Part shown: piece after piece, positions 1 through 12,899 of the stretch
Position numbering within the stretch: position 1 is the first letter of the stretch
Layout of the letters: each line of letters begins with the position of its first letter
From: Marsupella aquatica
Taxonomy: Eukaryota; Plantae; Marchantiophyta
DNA length: 64,000 nucleotides
NCBI GenBank assembly: GCA_973895155.1
Contig: OZ316891.1
Span: 12,770,771-12,834,770, forward strand
Direction: 5' to 3'
Made by a program: the position numbers and the translations under genes
Notes under the pieces: generated by a model
Database searches by the model: none
What the model saw: the letters and a program-made list of their open reading frames with translations, nothing else
Told to the model about the DNA's origin: nothing

Positions 1-570
1 TATGTTGCATGTAAACCATCTGATGATGATGATGATGATGATGAAAAGGAAAATCTGGACTCGAAGCCCAAACAGGTCAACGCAGGAATCTACACTAGAA
101 TTGCTAGGACGAATTATCGCAAGGGTGTCGTGGCAGGGCTGAAGGAAGCTGTCAAAAGCGCCCAAAAGATGAGGAAAGAGAATGTATCAAGTTACGAGAA
201 GAAGAAGCCTGGTGCTGTGCCGTGCAGTGATGCTGATGAATTTGCCTCCTGTGAAAGCGATGGAGGGGATGATAGTTGTCTCTCTCCTAGCAGCCCAAAG
301 TTTCCCTATGACGATGATAAGAAGCATACGACCCGAGTGGCTGAAAATTGTAAGGCAATCACGGCTCTCGTATTGCATTCTCAAAAAGTGGGCGAAGAAT
401 TTCTGAAGCAGAAAGGAATTAAGATTAGAAAGAGAACCATTCAAAGCCGGATTGCGGCGTGGAATGAGGAGGCGTTTGGGCGAGGAAAAAAGGATGCGAA
501 AACTATTGATATCAATCAGAAAAGCATCACCGGCGCCAAGGTGAGAAAGTCTAAAGGCTCACGCGATTAA
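1..570 (+). CDS. 3' end of an unknown protein (5'-partial; acidic/basic low-complexity)
   Basis: Frame 1 is open from base 1 (YVACKPSDDDDDDDEKENLDSK...) to TAA at 568-570, about 189 codons. No recognisable domain. Confidence 0.55.
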   Translation, partial: YVACKPSDDDDDDDEKENLDSKPKQVNAGIYTRIARTNYRKGVVAGLKEAVKSAQKMRKENVSSYEKKKPGAVPCSDADEFASCESDGGDDSCLSPSSPKFPYDDDKKHTTRVAENCKAITALVLHSQKVGEEFLKQKGIKIRKRTIQSRIAAWNEEAFGRGKKDAKTIDINQKSITGAKVRKSKGSRD

Positions 571-3500
571 CTCAAATGGATCTCCGGGCTACATAAGCAA
601 ACTCACTCACGCGCAATGTTGGTAAAGGGCAGCGGCAAATGTTGAACAAACAGCAGAGACGCCTTCCTGTCACATTGCAGGTAATTCCCAAGGACGCCAT
701 ATACTGCAGGCGATCAAGGATCAATGGGGAACATGATCGAACAGTCTCGATTTACTTCCGAATATACGGTTCCCAAGAAGTTGTGGAAATTGCTCATCTT
801 TAGCCCACAAGTCAATATTCAGGCTTCCTAAATCTCTCCAAAGTTTTAGGCCAGGGCACGAGAAGCCTTCCATAAGGTTTTCTCTGAGTCATGTGAAAGT
901 TATTCCAGAAGAAATTATTTGGAGAAGCTAAATTGTGTTGATTAAGTTTTTTCTGGAAAGTTTTTGGCAAATGGAACGTTGAAATCGGTACTGCAATGAG
1001 TACGTAGTACCACTGTCAAAGTGTGAACGTCTGCAAATTCGTCTGTCACCCAGTCTTGTGTGGCAGCCTCTTGGAGTCATAGTTGGGAATTAATTAAGGT
1101 GACAATGTAAGAGGTAATGATTGCACTGCACTGCACTGCACTTGTTTGTCTACATCAGCGAATCATTGCAATCTTTGGCACTTTGACGATAAGCCATTCA
1201 AGGACAAGACTGGAGTCTTGAGTATGTCGAGGTTACTAATCATTGAAATCTTTGCCATCGTCGATGTGTGCTGTGTGTCTTGATATGTGAAAATCTGCAA
1301 TGTCTGATGAAAGAGCTTTGAAGGATTGAGAAAATCCGAGAGGATTGAACGACCAGCCCGCCATAATCGTAGGCCCTCGAGTAATACAAGCATCTTTTGG
1401 CGAGCTTCGATGGCCTCCTGGGCTTGCAATTTCTGCTTGCTCCACGTGGATGTAGCACACAGAATCACACTTCGTCTGGAAATAGCGTTTACTGAAAGAC
1501 TCTCTCAAGGGGTGTTTTGTCACTCCTGTTTGTCCCAAAGTGCTTTTCAATTCCTGACACCGTTCATGTACACAATACCCTACCTGACCAAAAAGCCCTG
1601 AGATTGAGTAGTTTGGTGTACTTTTATTAATTACAGAGTCAGCCTACAGTTGAATTCTTCTTACGCCCTTTCACGTCAATATAGGAACTTCACACTGCGT
1701 CAGGTGTAGCGTTACCCATGGCCCCAAGGGTATTACTACATGTAGGTAGTTGTGAGATGTAATACCCAAGGGCAGTGAGCTAAAGGGATTACAACCATGG
1801 CCTTTAAGTGTAGGTTTGTTCTATTTTGACACGAAAATTGCACCTGAAATTGGATGACCCTGTAAGCTAATCACAAGAAGCAAAATCTCATTACCCCAGA
1901 CCATCCTAGAAATAGAAAGAGAACTACAGGAGGGCTTTACAGTACGTGAATTTCTTTTGTGCTTGGAGCCCTATATTACACATCCAAGATGGAATGCATG
2001 CATTCCAATTAGACTACCAATTGGTCATATGCAATGAAAAACCATGTGAAAAACTATGACCATTTGTTTCTGGCCAAAAGACAGTGTCCTCAATTTTGAA
2101 GTTTTGAGCCTCCCTTATTGTTTTTCATTTTCGTGCCTTCGAACCAAATTGAAGCTTCGAGACCCCCTATTTTTTTATTTTCATGCCTTGCAACCAAATA
2201 AGGCTTGATGACAAACATTGCCAATACAGGATGACATGCATTCAAGGCCTTTGCCCAAAGGGTAAATGCTTGCATATAACAGATGCTTGAACATAAGGCA
2301 CTTACCAATGAGGGACATCTTTGCACATAACAGGGAGTCTCAGAGCTTTGAAATCACAGATACAAGTTTAGGCCATAAAGTAAATCACAGATGACGGTTT
2401 GAGGCCATAAAGTAATGGTCATAGTTTTTTCCCAAGTATACGTAAATGAATGGAGGATGGTAGTAATGTTTTCACAAGTTTATGTAAACGTTTTTCTTGT
2501 TTTCTCTTTCACTAGCCTCTACAGTGACTCGATGTCCTCTTTCACTAGACTCTACAGTGACTTGATGATAATGGCATATATGACCCAAAAAGTTTCAATG
2601 ACAATTGCATGACCAATTCTTATGGCAAAAAGTCAACTTTTTGTGTTAGTAACCAGTCCCGAGTTAAAGTCCATCAAACTCTGAGCCTTGAGACGCCCTG
2701 GTAGATGCGTTTACGTAAGGCACCACAGGATTGGGGAACAATCACCCTCTCTCAACGACAAGGGATGCGCAGTTTTGGGGCTTTCCGAATTTGGTAGAAA
2801 GGTCCTGACCCAGCGACTCCGAATAAGATGTAACCTAAAGTGACTGGATGGTTTGTTCGTCTGTTGATCAGAGGAAAAGTGAAGAACTCCCGTGAATCTA
2901 TTTCCACGAATATCCCACACAACCCAACTCCGATACACTTTTCGAGCCGCAATCGCAATCTTCACGTCGAAGTTGTGCGAGATGGCTATTCTTTGGCTTG
3001 ATAGGGTGTACTACACTCCGCAACCTTCTCGCCAGCTACTCCGACACAATACACAGCCACCCACTGCACGAGGTAGAAGAGAAGGAAACATGACGGACCA
3101 AAGATGACGGAATTGAGATTCAAAAAGAATTCCCCGCGGTTTAGCTGTGTTTTCTGATCCAGTTCGCTCAGCTATTCCAACATTGGCCTCGATCTTCAAT
3201 CCTCACTTGTGACGAGCATCAATCTTCGACTCAATTACATGCAAGATGGCTGTCCCTGGCGTGGCGAAAAATAATTCATTCCCACGCACCAAGCAACAAG
3301 TACTTAGTCCGGTCCATTCTCTTGGTATTAGACGAAGGACGAAAAGTCGATCAGCCGCCAACCTCAATCGAGAAAATCCTTCAGCTGATAAAAATAAGCC
3401 CAGAATTGTAAGACAAGGGCATGGCAATTAATTGTTGAAACCCTTCCTTACTCTGTGTGACTCAACTGTGCGGCGGTCGACTAGCTCAAGAAAGGTATTG

Positions 3501-3785
3501 CTGGGTAAGAACGAGAAACGAATCAGTAAATCCCAAGTAGCCGCCCGACCCTTAACGTGGAGACAACAGAAGTCTCAATTCCACGTGATCTGCAGATTCT
3601 AAGAATCCCGTTGCAAGTTTCCAATAAAGTCAATGACACCTACTTGAATTACTCGGATGTGTGGCTGATATTTCCACTCAGCCTCCACCCTGGCACTGTA
3701 GAAAATGTGCCCAAAAGAATGATATAAAGAATGTGTAATGGTACAGCCACCACATACAACGGGGTGGGGACGCCTGGAGCATAAA

Positions 3786-6344
3786 CTATAGTACTATGGC
3801 TGCAGACTTCGGAAGCTGATTTGGTGAGACACGGGCTACAACGGGTTCGTAGTGATCTGCCCCCGCTCCGCACCAACCTGCACGACCGACCACCAAAAAG
3901 TCAAAGATGAGAAACCGGCCACAGCTTGCTGAGATAAATAAGAGAAAGCAGTTCTCGCGGAGAAATAGGCTAGAGGCGGCGGTACGCTTATCCTACATAA
4001 CGGCCGCCTTATAGCTCGAATTCCTACAAAGAAAACGAGTAATCTGGCTCGTTTTTGATCCCCCAAAGTAACCTTGCTTTGTTCTTTCTGTGTCATGGTG
4101 AGTAATTTGTCTACAATCTAACTAATAATTCGCCATCGAAAGCTGGACTCTGGGGCCGACCTATTGTCTAGAGGTGAAGACTCTAGCCCGTGACTCTTGG
4201 GTGGCGGCAAGCTTAGGGGTGAGGGAACAGGAGGGGAAGGCAACACCAGTGGATCTGAGAAAAGCTCGGGCAATCAGGCTAGGCTAGTTCAACATATGTA
4301 CATTTTTTCTAGGCCTAGGGAGCTACAGAACTGTTGTTTTTAAATGTGCATGGCACGGCTACCCTATAGTGAACAGGTTTGCCAACTTAGAGCGCGATAC
4401 AACTGGAAGGTGCAGTGCGAGGTGTATTCTGTTGATTTTCAGTGATGGACAGTAGCTTTTTAAACCCACTTTATTGGAACTTTATTCTTATTAAAAGTTC
4501 TCTTGCAGGCCAAAACAAAACCACAAAAATACAGGAAAGCCCTGGTGGGGCAACAAATTCCTACAAACGGGTGGCTCGGGGACGGACTCACCTGTTCCCT
4601 TCATGAAGAGGAAAGCTGGCGGGTACCGAATACAGCTCTGGCTCCGGGGTCTGTGCGGTAGGAAGAAGAGACAATGTTCGCCTTCGACCATCGCATCAGT
4701 TCCGTGTGCCTGCATTACAAAAATCTCTCTCTCAAATTCGTTTGCGAGGCATTCGATTGCAATGTCGTCCCCAAATGCTGCAGCTCCACCATCTCGATGT
4801 TCGTCGACGTTAAATAATCCTTCTTCGGTGTACTGGAGATTTATAATGTCATATTCTTCTGATAAGGAACCAGCCAGTGACATATATTTCGACCAGCTGT
4901 CAGCGTCATCCACTGGAATGCCCCTCTCCTTATAAATCGATTCAGCCGCTGCTTCCCTGTACATGGTCACCAGGAAAAACGTCACTGAACAATTCTGACC
5001 ATAGGGGGCAGGGGCGACATTGAATTTCTTCAGAAATTCTGTGATAAGCGTGTACAGAGCTAGTCGGGGGGTGCGGGAGGTTTTGGTAGCCCACCCAGTG
5101 AACTGCACTCTCGCCGGGCTACTTGACAGGCTAGGCATAGTCGGGTGGTGCCGGGAGGTTTTGCTGGAAGCCCACCCAATTAGCTCCACTCTCGTCAGGA
5201 CCTCCAATCTTGGGACAGATTAGGCATGTTATTGTCCAACCAAGATCTGTTCTCACAACGCTCTTCTGCCGAAGAGTGACGATAGATACGGGTTGAGGTC
5301 CCAGATCAGTAGCTAGCGAAGGGGTAGAGTTGAGTCGAACATCAAGAGGGTAAAGGAGCCCAGCGACGGAAAGAGACGCCCCCAAGAGAAGGGGCGCAAT
5401 CAGCTGGCATCCGGGAGCGCATGTCGGGGACAAGTTTTCGATCTTGAAAGCTATATTATCGGAGCTCCTATTCACTCCCCCAAAGAGCTCCTCTTGGGTA
5501 GACGAACTTGATTTTAGACCAGGAAATGTGTTTCAAATGAACGCTCTCCCGGTAACAACAATCGAGGAATGGCTACCGTTCCAACTCCGGACGACGTATA
5601 CAAGACGGGTGGAAGGTATGGAGAGGATCTCAGTGGACCTCTACACCAATGCAAAGGAAATCCAAGAATATACATGGAGCCTGAAGGGAGGTGGTGTGAA
5701 GAGAGGCGAACCATAAAAAAATTTGGGGATGCTCCGACTGAGGTGCATTTATCAAACGACGCTTTAGGGAGCAATGTGCAAAGACTGGACAAGACAGGTA
5801 AGGTACAGAAGGAAGGAACATAGACTCACCTCGAAACGCCGACGGACATGAGCTCACTAATGGCCGAGTCCAGAGCCTCTCGATCACTCTTCTTCGCAAG
5901 AATCTTCACCTCTTGTACAACCTGGACTCCCCAACCCGTCGTGAGGTCAGGGGAGTAGAGATGACGTATTATGTCGTTGACAGCTTGCCGAGAGTAGTGG
6001 CCACTGTTAAAATCTTCTAAAAATCTTTTAACTGTGAGCAGTCGCACCTCCAATGGGGACTCCTGGAGTAGCATTGACTTTTTCGTCGCAGTGAATAAAC
6101 AATTCCCATCTGCCTCAACCTCCCCTCCGTGATGTAAAGTGAACACAGCTGAGGCATCCTGAGCTGGACGGGTCCAGAACACGCCCCTGGACGCCACATT
6201 CTGCAATGCTTGCAACTGAGCAGATTCCAAGCCACCCACGGCAGACCAATCCTTTTCTGCAACGATTTGAGCTGGAGAATGGACGGCGCTGAAGGAAAAC
6301 CCGTCGTCACTCTGGCAATGTGCTTGCGGGACCATGCGTCTCAT
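3786..6344 (-). CDS. OTU-like cysteine protease, 323 aa; complement(join(3786..3877,4592..4956,5830..6344))
   Basis: Both introns have GTGAGT donors and CAG acceptors with consistent phases (2, 1); total 972 nt. Contains the OTU Cys-box EVEADGNCLFTA, a FGDDIAIECLA segment and the His-box WCGAGADHYEPVV. Confidence 0.85.
5058..5200. repeat. Diverged ~75-bp tandem duplication in intron 1 of the OTU-like gene
   Basis: tagtcggg..gtg.cgggaggtttt...agcccaccca.t.a.ct.cactctcg occurs twice. Confidence 0.6.
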
Positions 6345-7794
6345 AGCAACTGCACCAACTTACGAGTGCTTTAATCCCTTCCAGAACCCCTTTGTCGGCA
6401 GGTCTTGAGTACAGCTAAACTACCAAATAGTAACTTGCTGACACTTTGCCAAGATCGGTTCGAATATGACGTTTGGAGCTTCTCTAATCATAAACTGTAA
6501 GAATTTAGGATCCCTTCCTTTCAGATGTCGTTGATCTTCCTGCAACAAATGGACTGGAGCTCATAGCATACCTAACAATCCAGGACACAGTGAAGAATGA
6601 AGTGGAACAGATCAACTTTGACGATCTGGACCAAAATCTGCCTGCTCCAAACAAAGTTCTTATCAATTCTTCAATATACCCTCCAAATCAGGTCAGAAAG
6701 TTCTGTTGACTTTCCCGTCTGTCATCTCCCTCGCGTTGTGCCTGTCTCCCTACCGGCCCACGAGTCCTGCCTACTTCAACAACACGCACAACATCAAGAG
6801 ACACATCGATCCGCTACTCGGTTGCTACTGCTGTCCTGATAATAATCTTCGCGCATCATCCCCTCCCATCTATTCCGTCCAGTGTACTACGCACTGTATA
6901 CAGCTCGCTGCTTCCATTCTTTCCTAGATTTGCGCGGCTCCAACCCAACCCCCTCACTCACCATCGTTGCTCGACGCACTCATCATGCATCCGTCACATT
7001 GCTCCACCGCAGGAGCATCGTTACCCGCCGACGGCCCCCTCCTCTCCTCCTCCTCCATCTACCTAGCTTCCTGCGCTGGGGCTCCTTTCCTTTCCGTGTT
7101 GAACGCAACTTTTTCCCAACATATAATCAAAGACAGACTCGAACACCCACCCCGAAATGCGAAGGCTGTCGAAGCAAGCGTTCTCGAGGCACACACTGAC
7201 TCTATCTCGCCTCGGATGGGGAGGCAGGAGGACGAGCATGATGACGAGCGGAGCAGCACATCGAGCAGCAGCCGGAAGGACGAGAAGATCGAGCGGCAAA
7301 GGAGCTGAAACCTACAAAGACGAATCGCAACTACGAGAGGAGAGACGGACCGAATGTCGAAAGCGGAGGACGAGGCGTCTAGAGCCCCCTTGCCAACGAG
7401 GCTCTCGACCAGTACCCAGTTGCCCGCCTATCCGCCAGCTAAATCCAGCCACACCCCCAGTTCGAAATCTCCCCCACTTATAGTGAATCCCCTCTAGAAA
7501 CAGCGGCAGACGAGAGTATTTCTTTGATTATTGTCAATCCCCTCTAAAAATAGCGGCAGAAGAGCGTATGGATTTTCCTTTTTCGCCTAGGCCGCCACTG
7601 TTTTGCAACCCGGATGGTTACACTCAAACTCTCTTTTCTGCTCCTATTGTACATATACACTATTTTTACTTATAAAGCTAAAGTTTGGGTTTAGGTTTTT
7701 AGATTGACTGAAATCTTTAGATATTAACTCAATGGTTCTTAATTCATTGTCAAATGATAAGCAAATATATTTTTGTCATGATTTCTATTTACCA

Positions 7795-8560
7795 TAACAC
7801 ATGTGCATAGAAAAAGGGAGGTGCATAGAAAAGAATATAGTATGTTACATATGATTATTAATATGATTATTTACATGTCAAATTTTTTATTTTCAATTTT
7901 TTTTCTTCAATTTTTATTTTCAATTTTTTTTATAAACTTAAGGAGAAATCTGTGAAAACCCCACATAAAGGGAACAGTCAGTCAAAACACTTGAACCCAA
8001 GACCTATCCATCTTGGCTCAGACAAGCCACCACTCAATCATGTCTTTTTATCATTTCATTAACCTTCAAAGAATGTAAATTATGAATATATTTTGGTGAT
8101 ATTTTTATTGTTATCCTCGTTATTCATGTTCATAGAGCTGGTAGTCGAGGTTAATGAATGAAAATCCGAGACAAAATTACTAGAAGAAAATTTTTATTTT
8201 CTAGTAATCTAAACCTAACTACTCTCGTTCACACGAGCACTGAGAAGAATCAAATTCAAAGGGACATGAGAGCATGTAGACCCTCTTAACTAGCTCCTGT
8301 CCAGCAGAGGATGTTGCCCTCCTCAGTCATGAAATCCCTTTGTGCTCTCTCATCAGCACCATAGCCATCTTGCTTTAGTCTTTCTTAGCTTTGATCTTGA
8401 GATCCTCATAAGTTCTAAGAGTTTTCAAAGCTAGTTTGGGTGGAAAAAATGAAAACTTGAACAAGTGAAAGAAATAAACCAAAAATGAATTATATTTGGT
8501 GTGCACTGTTTTCCAAGCAAGAAAAAGAGTGGGAATCAATTATGACACTTCAGTCAAAAT
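7795..8560. mobile_element. Dispersed AT-rich repeat (TE relic) with a tRNA-like head; related copy at 49500-50860
   Basis: Four blocks are shared with 49505-49600, 50179-50260, 50682-50745 and 50755-50860, e.g. ttttatcatttcattaa.cttcaaagaat and tttgggtggaaaaaatgaaaac. Confidence 0.6.
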
Positions 8561-8619
8561 ATATATACACCTCATCTAAAAACTTACTTAACAATAATCA
8601 GAATTGTTTTCTTTTGAGT

Positions 8620-9160
8620 TTTTTTCATACTTGACATATTTCACCTCCTTGATATTTTTTCTTTTGTCGTGATTTTTTCTCATTTGATTTGATGACATCT
8701 TCTCTTTTCTCATTTTTGTTGAATTTTTTTTGTCTTGACATCTTTATCTCACCCATATATCTTTCCCTCTTTTTTGACATCTTTTCCTTATTTTTACATC
8801 TTTTTCTCACTTCGTCATATTTTCCTCACCTCAACTTCTTCTTTTCATCTGAACACATGTTTTTCTCATTGGCATCTTTTTTCATCTCAAATCTCTTTTC
8901 CTCATTCTTATTATCTTTTCCTCACCTCATCCTATTTTACTCAACTCACTTCTTTTTCTCACCTCATCATATTTTCTCAGTTCTTTTTCTCATCTCAACA
9001 CATTTTTCTTTTTCTCACCTCATCATATTTTCTCAGTTCTTTTTCTCATCTCAACACATTTTTCACATTTTTCTCTCATTGACATCCTTTTTCATCACAT
9101 CCTTTTTCATCTGACAACATTTACACACTTGCTCCTTTTTCATCTGACAACATTTACACA
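8620..9160. repeat. Degenerate pyrimidine-rich minisatellite (TTTTTCTCA/CCTCATCATAT units)
   Basis: Visible repetition of ttttctcacctcatcatattttctcagttcttttt-type units. The overlapping F/S/L/H-rich ORFs are artefacts of this repeat. Confidence 0.8.
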
Positions 9161-9292
9161 CTTGCAGATTAGGGTGATAATTTACAAAAAAGACAAAAAA
9201 AATAGCAGTTGTGCAGTTTTTTCAATACTAAAAACAATTCCAGTAATTTATAACAAAGGGTCAGACAACATACAAAGAAAAAGCAAAGGGAA

Positions 9293-10485
9293 CAAATCCT
9301 ATGAGTGTAGGCAGAACCATTTTCAGCAGAACCATTCCAGTAGGTGTCTTATGATCTCGGTATGTCAGGTGATGGAGACTAGACAAGCTCAAACCATTCC
9401 AGTAGGTGGCGTCTTATGATCTCGGTATGTGAGGTGATGGAGACTAGACAAGCTCTTTAGCTCGCGTACTGGAAGGGTGGGACAAATCCTAAGAGTGTCA
9501 GCAGAGCCATCAGAGTAGGTGTACTGAAATGATCTCGGTAGATCAGGTCATGGAAGCCTTTCCATATCTGAGAGCGTAATGGAAAGCTGGGCGAAGCCAT
9601 GTTTTCAACGAAGTGTCCTCAGGATGCAGTGATAGATCGAGCATCAAGTGGGGATTGGCAGTAATTCTCCATGTCCCACTCGTTCCGAGCCCACCACGCT
9701 ATACAATATCCAGGACTGCCACGGGAACGTAGAAAGTCGAAGATTGCATCTGGACTGGTTGGTTCTCCATGTCCAAGTGTGGTGGCAACAATCCGTGACC
9801 CTGTCCTTCACGAGAATTTGAATTGGCAACGATGATGTCAAAGAGTTGTCTGATTGTGTCAACACCAACGGCCAGAAATGGTCTATGATAAATGTTGAAG
9901 TACTGCATGCTTCCCAACATGCCAACAAACAACGTACCAATCTACAACCCAATCACATCCGTAAAATAGTGGCTGATAGATGAGCATGCCTTCAGTGAGC
10001 GGTGAGTTAAAATGAACTGAATTATGATAAGTGTTTAGTACGTCACGCTTCCCAACATGCCAACAAACAACGTACCAATCCACAACTCCATCACATCCGG
10101 GAAAAAGGCCTGACAGATGAGCATGCCTGCAGTGAGCCGTGAGCTAATATGAACAGAATTCTGCCATTCTCTTGGCTCTTTCCATCTCACACCATGACAT
10201 TATATGTATGTCATCATCGACGAAGTAAACACCAATAAATAAACCACAATAACACGAAGAGATAGTAAGATATAACGCTACTTATGGCTGTAAGGGTAAG
10301 TCCTTACTCGATCGAGATGACATCCAGACCGAATTCAGCTCCTAAAACTCATGCCCTTTATTCGAACTGTAATCGTTGCTTAGACTTACATCTCTTCAAA
10401 GGGTAGGACATCCAGAAGCGAGGTAAGCTCCTAAAACTCATGCCCTTCAGGTTTACTGTAATCGTTGTTTAGATTGAGATCTACC
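9293..10485. repeat. Cluster of three unrelated local duplications downstream of RPS27
   Basis: Three copies of gtaggtg..atgatctcggta..aggt.atgga (9340-9560); two ~140-bp copies of gcttcccaacatgccaacaaacaacgtaccaatc (about 9909 and 10047); two ~89-bp copies of catccaga..agctcctaaaactcatgccctt (about 10321 and 10409). Confidence 0.75.
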
Positions 10486-10860
10486 GGAACATCGAACCCA
10501 AACAACTGACAGTTAAACTGAATAAAAAGGAGCCCCACGATTCGGCTACTGTGGAGATGGCAGCAGTATCTTGACCAAATTCCGACGGCAAACACACAGG
10601 AGGCAATCTTCTACGATGAAATCACGCAAGATAAATCCAAACCAATGAAATCAATAATTACACAGGTGGGGAGCGACTCGCTCAAAATTACAAGCTCCCG
10701 GGATCAGGGGCAAAATCCTTCAGATATATCTTAAAATCTGGCACAGAGAATCCTTCGCACACCGGAGAGCGTAGATCAGATGAATTCTCAACTAGTATCG
10801 TACTACAATGAAATAACCAATGACTTCGGAGGTCAAAAATGGAAGCTATGAACGGAAATT

Positions 10861-11996
10861 CTAATCGACTTTCTTCCTGAACGAGCACCCTTCCGTCAAG
10901 CGAGCCCGCCCTCCGGTCGGCTGGCAAAGCACCGCGGAGCAGTTCGCACAAGTGACCACCGTCTGAGAGTGACTGAAAACAGTCGTTCTACAAACACAAT
11001 CGGCGAAATTCAAGTCAGGAAACAATTCATTAAGTCATCTCGCTAATGCTGCGGAAGGTTCGATTTAAAAGAGAAAGTAAATTAGTACACAGGAGGGCAT
11101 CGTTCACGAGCTTTCCGAGATGGTAGAGCTACGGTCGAGTATCAACAGTCTCCACTAAACGACACAGACTGCATTCTGTACTGCTTTGCGCGTTATTATG
11201 AAAGGTGACAGTAAAATACATATCAGCGGTATTACTAAACCTTAAACCTAGACATTGCAACAACGATGAAAATTCAGACACTACTGAGACTTACATGCTG
11301 AAGCATCCTTGACACTTCACGTCCTGCAATACATCAACCACAAAAGCAAAGGTCAGCCGAAACCCTAAATGTCAGGCAAACCCTGTGGCGGCTGCCGGTG
11401 TATCATGAAGTCCGGCAGCTGCCGCCCAATCGATGTGAATACCGAGAAAAGCACACGAAACAAAGAGGCACATGACAGGCGCGGCGGATGCCAATCTACC
11501 TACCATAAAGAAGGAGTTGGGAGACTGCACGAGTCTCTTCAATTTGTGCATCCTCTTCTCATTTTCTGGGGGAGGGTGCAGGAGATCAATATCGTTAGAG
11601 AGCACCTGCAGAACACACACCACCCATAGCGGCCGCGGTCAGTACGCGAAAACTCTGCAGCCCCACCTTTTGCAGCCAGACCTTCAAGGGAGTCCCGAAA
11701 AACATACGCAGGCCGATCGCCCGAAATCGGCACATAAGAACAACCTCAACACATCATTCCATGCCAATCGAAAAATAACAATCGAAAGACGTTGTTCCAG
11801 CAGCGAACCGAGGCGGCAGAGGAGACAGAGTCCACGCAAACAATTTTCAGGCAAACCTGACCTAATGAAAATCCGCTGAAAATCAATGGACAGAGGGCAG
11901 AAAATCGAGACGAGACGACATCTGACATCTTGGCGTTCCGAGTTTGAGTTTAGAGCAAAGCGAAAAGGAAATCGAGACGAAACGATTACTGACCAT
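10861..11996 (-). CDS. RPS27: 40S ribosomal protein S27 (eS27), 86 aa; complement(join(10861..10987,11295..11323,11504..11605,11994..11996))
   Basis: Spliced product [86 protein letters not shown] matches the eS27 C2-C2 zinc-finger family. Canonical GT-AG introns; 261 nt. Confidence 0.97.
11360..11368 (+). promoter_or_regulatory. Telo-box (AAACCCTAA) in RPS27 intron 2
   Basis: Exact motif. Telo-boxes paired with site II elements are typical of plant ribosomal-protein genes. Confidence 0.45.
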
Positions 11997-12051
11997 CTTG
12001 GCGTTCCGATTCGATTTCAGAGAGCGAGGGCAGCGTGTTCGAGGCTACGAG

Positions 12052-12271
12052 TGGGCTTCCTGGCGTCACAGAGAGTTCTGGTCATGGACTCCGATCACAC
12101 AACTGTAGGTATGATTTTCACTTCACGTTTTTTTGTGAAGTTTCCGAAGGAGGAGAATGAACTCCATGCAGTCGTGGAGAGTCTTTAATACACTTAGTGG
12201 AACTCCAAACTCAACTTTTTCTCTTGATCACCCAAAAGATGAATTTTGTGTCTTATAAACCTCTGGGCCCA
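12052..12271. promoter_or_regulatory. Site II (TGGGCY) elements upstream of RPS27
   Basis: TGGGCT at 12052-12057 and palindromic TGGGCCCA at 12264-12271. Confidence 0.45.
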
Positions 12272-12899
12272 TTATACTATTTAGTGTCACCAGTTCTTAT
12301 AACAGGTTTCACCCAAGAGATACCATGTAGTGTCACAAGTTCTTATAACACAATGTGCAATCCTTATAACCACTAATAAATGCAAAATGTTCTATGGTTG
12401 TTGCGTGTTCGACCACGTCACCAAATGGGTTCATCTATGACCGCAATACCAAGTGAACCGGTCTCCGTGTGACCAAAGCAATACATAGCTGCATCATATT
12501 TAGAACTTGTATTCACATAGTTAGAGGACTAGGATTTAGGACAACCCGCATTGTAGGCGCATAAAATCAAAGTGGATAGTGCGTATCTTGAAGCAAATAG
12601 AATACATTAGGAACAATGTATTGAGTCTAAGACCCATCAAATTGCTTAGATACAATTGCATTAGCCTAATGATGTTGTCTGGCCGCTCTTTCATTGCAAC
12701 TTGCACATCTTGAAGGAACACAAATAAGAAGAGCAAGAACAAGCAGCACCATAAAAGATCTAGAAATTAACCTAAGCACAATGAGAACAAAAACAAGTTC
12801 CCACAAGGGCGGACATATTTGAACTTTAAAAACCTTTGACTTGTCTAAACAATATTCACATCACCTTGAAAAAAGCAGTGAGGGGGGATGTTATGGTGT

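Noticed and set aside
4491-5207. 238-aa ORF as a standalone gene
   Set aside because: Only 4592-4956 is exonic; the rest is read-through into introns of the OTU-like gene.
6882-7483. Overlapping 100+ aa ORFs
   Set aside because: GC-rich leader/promoter region of the OTU-like gene; low-complexity products with no domain.
8625-9114. Phe/Ser/Leu-rich membrane-protein ORFs
   Set aside because: They are translation artefacts of a pyrimidine-rich minisatellite open in several frames.
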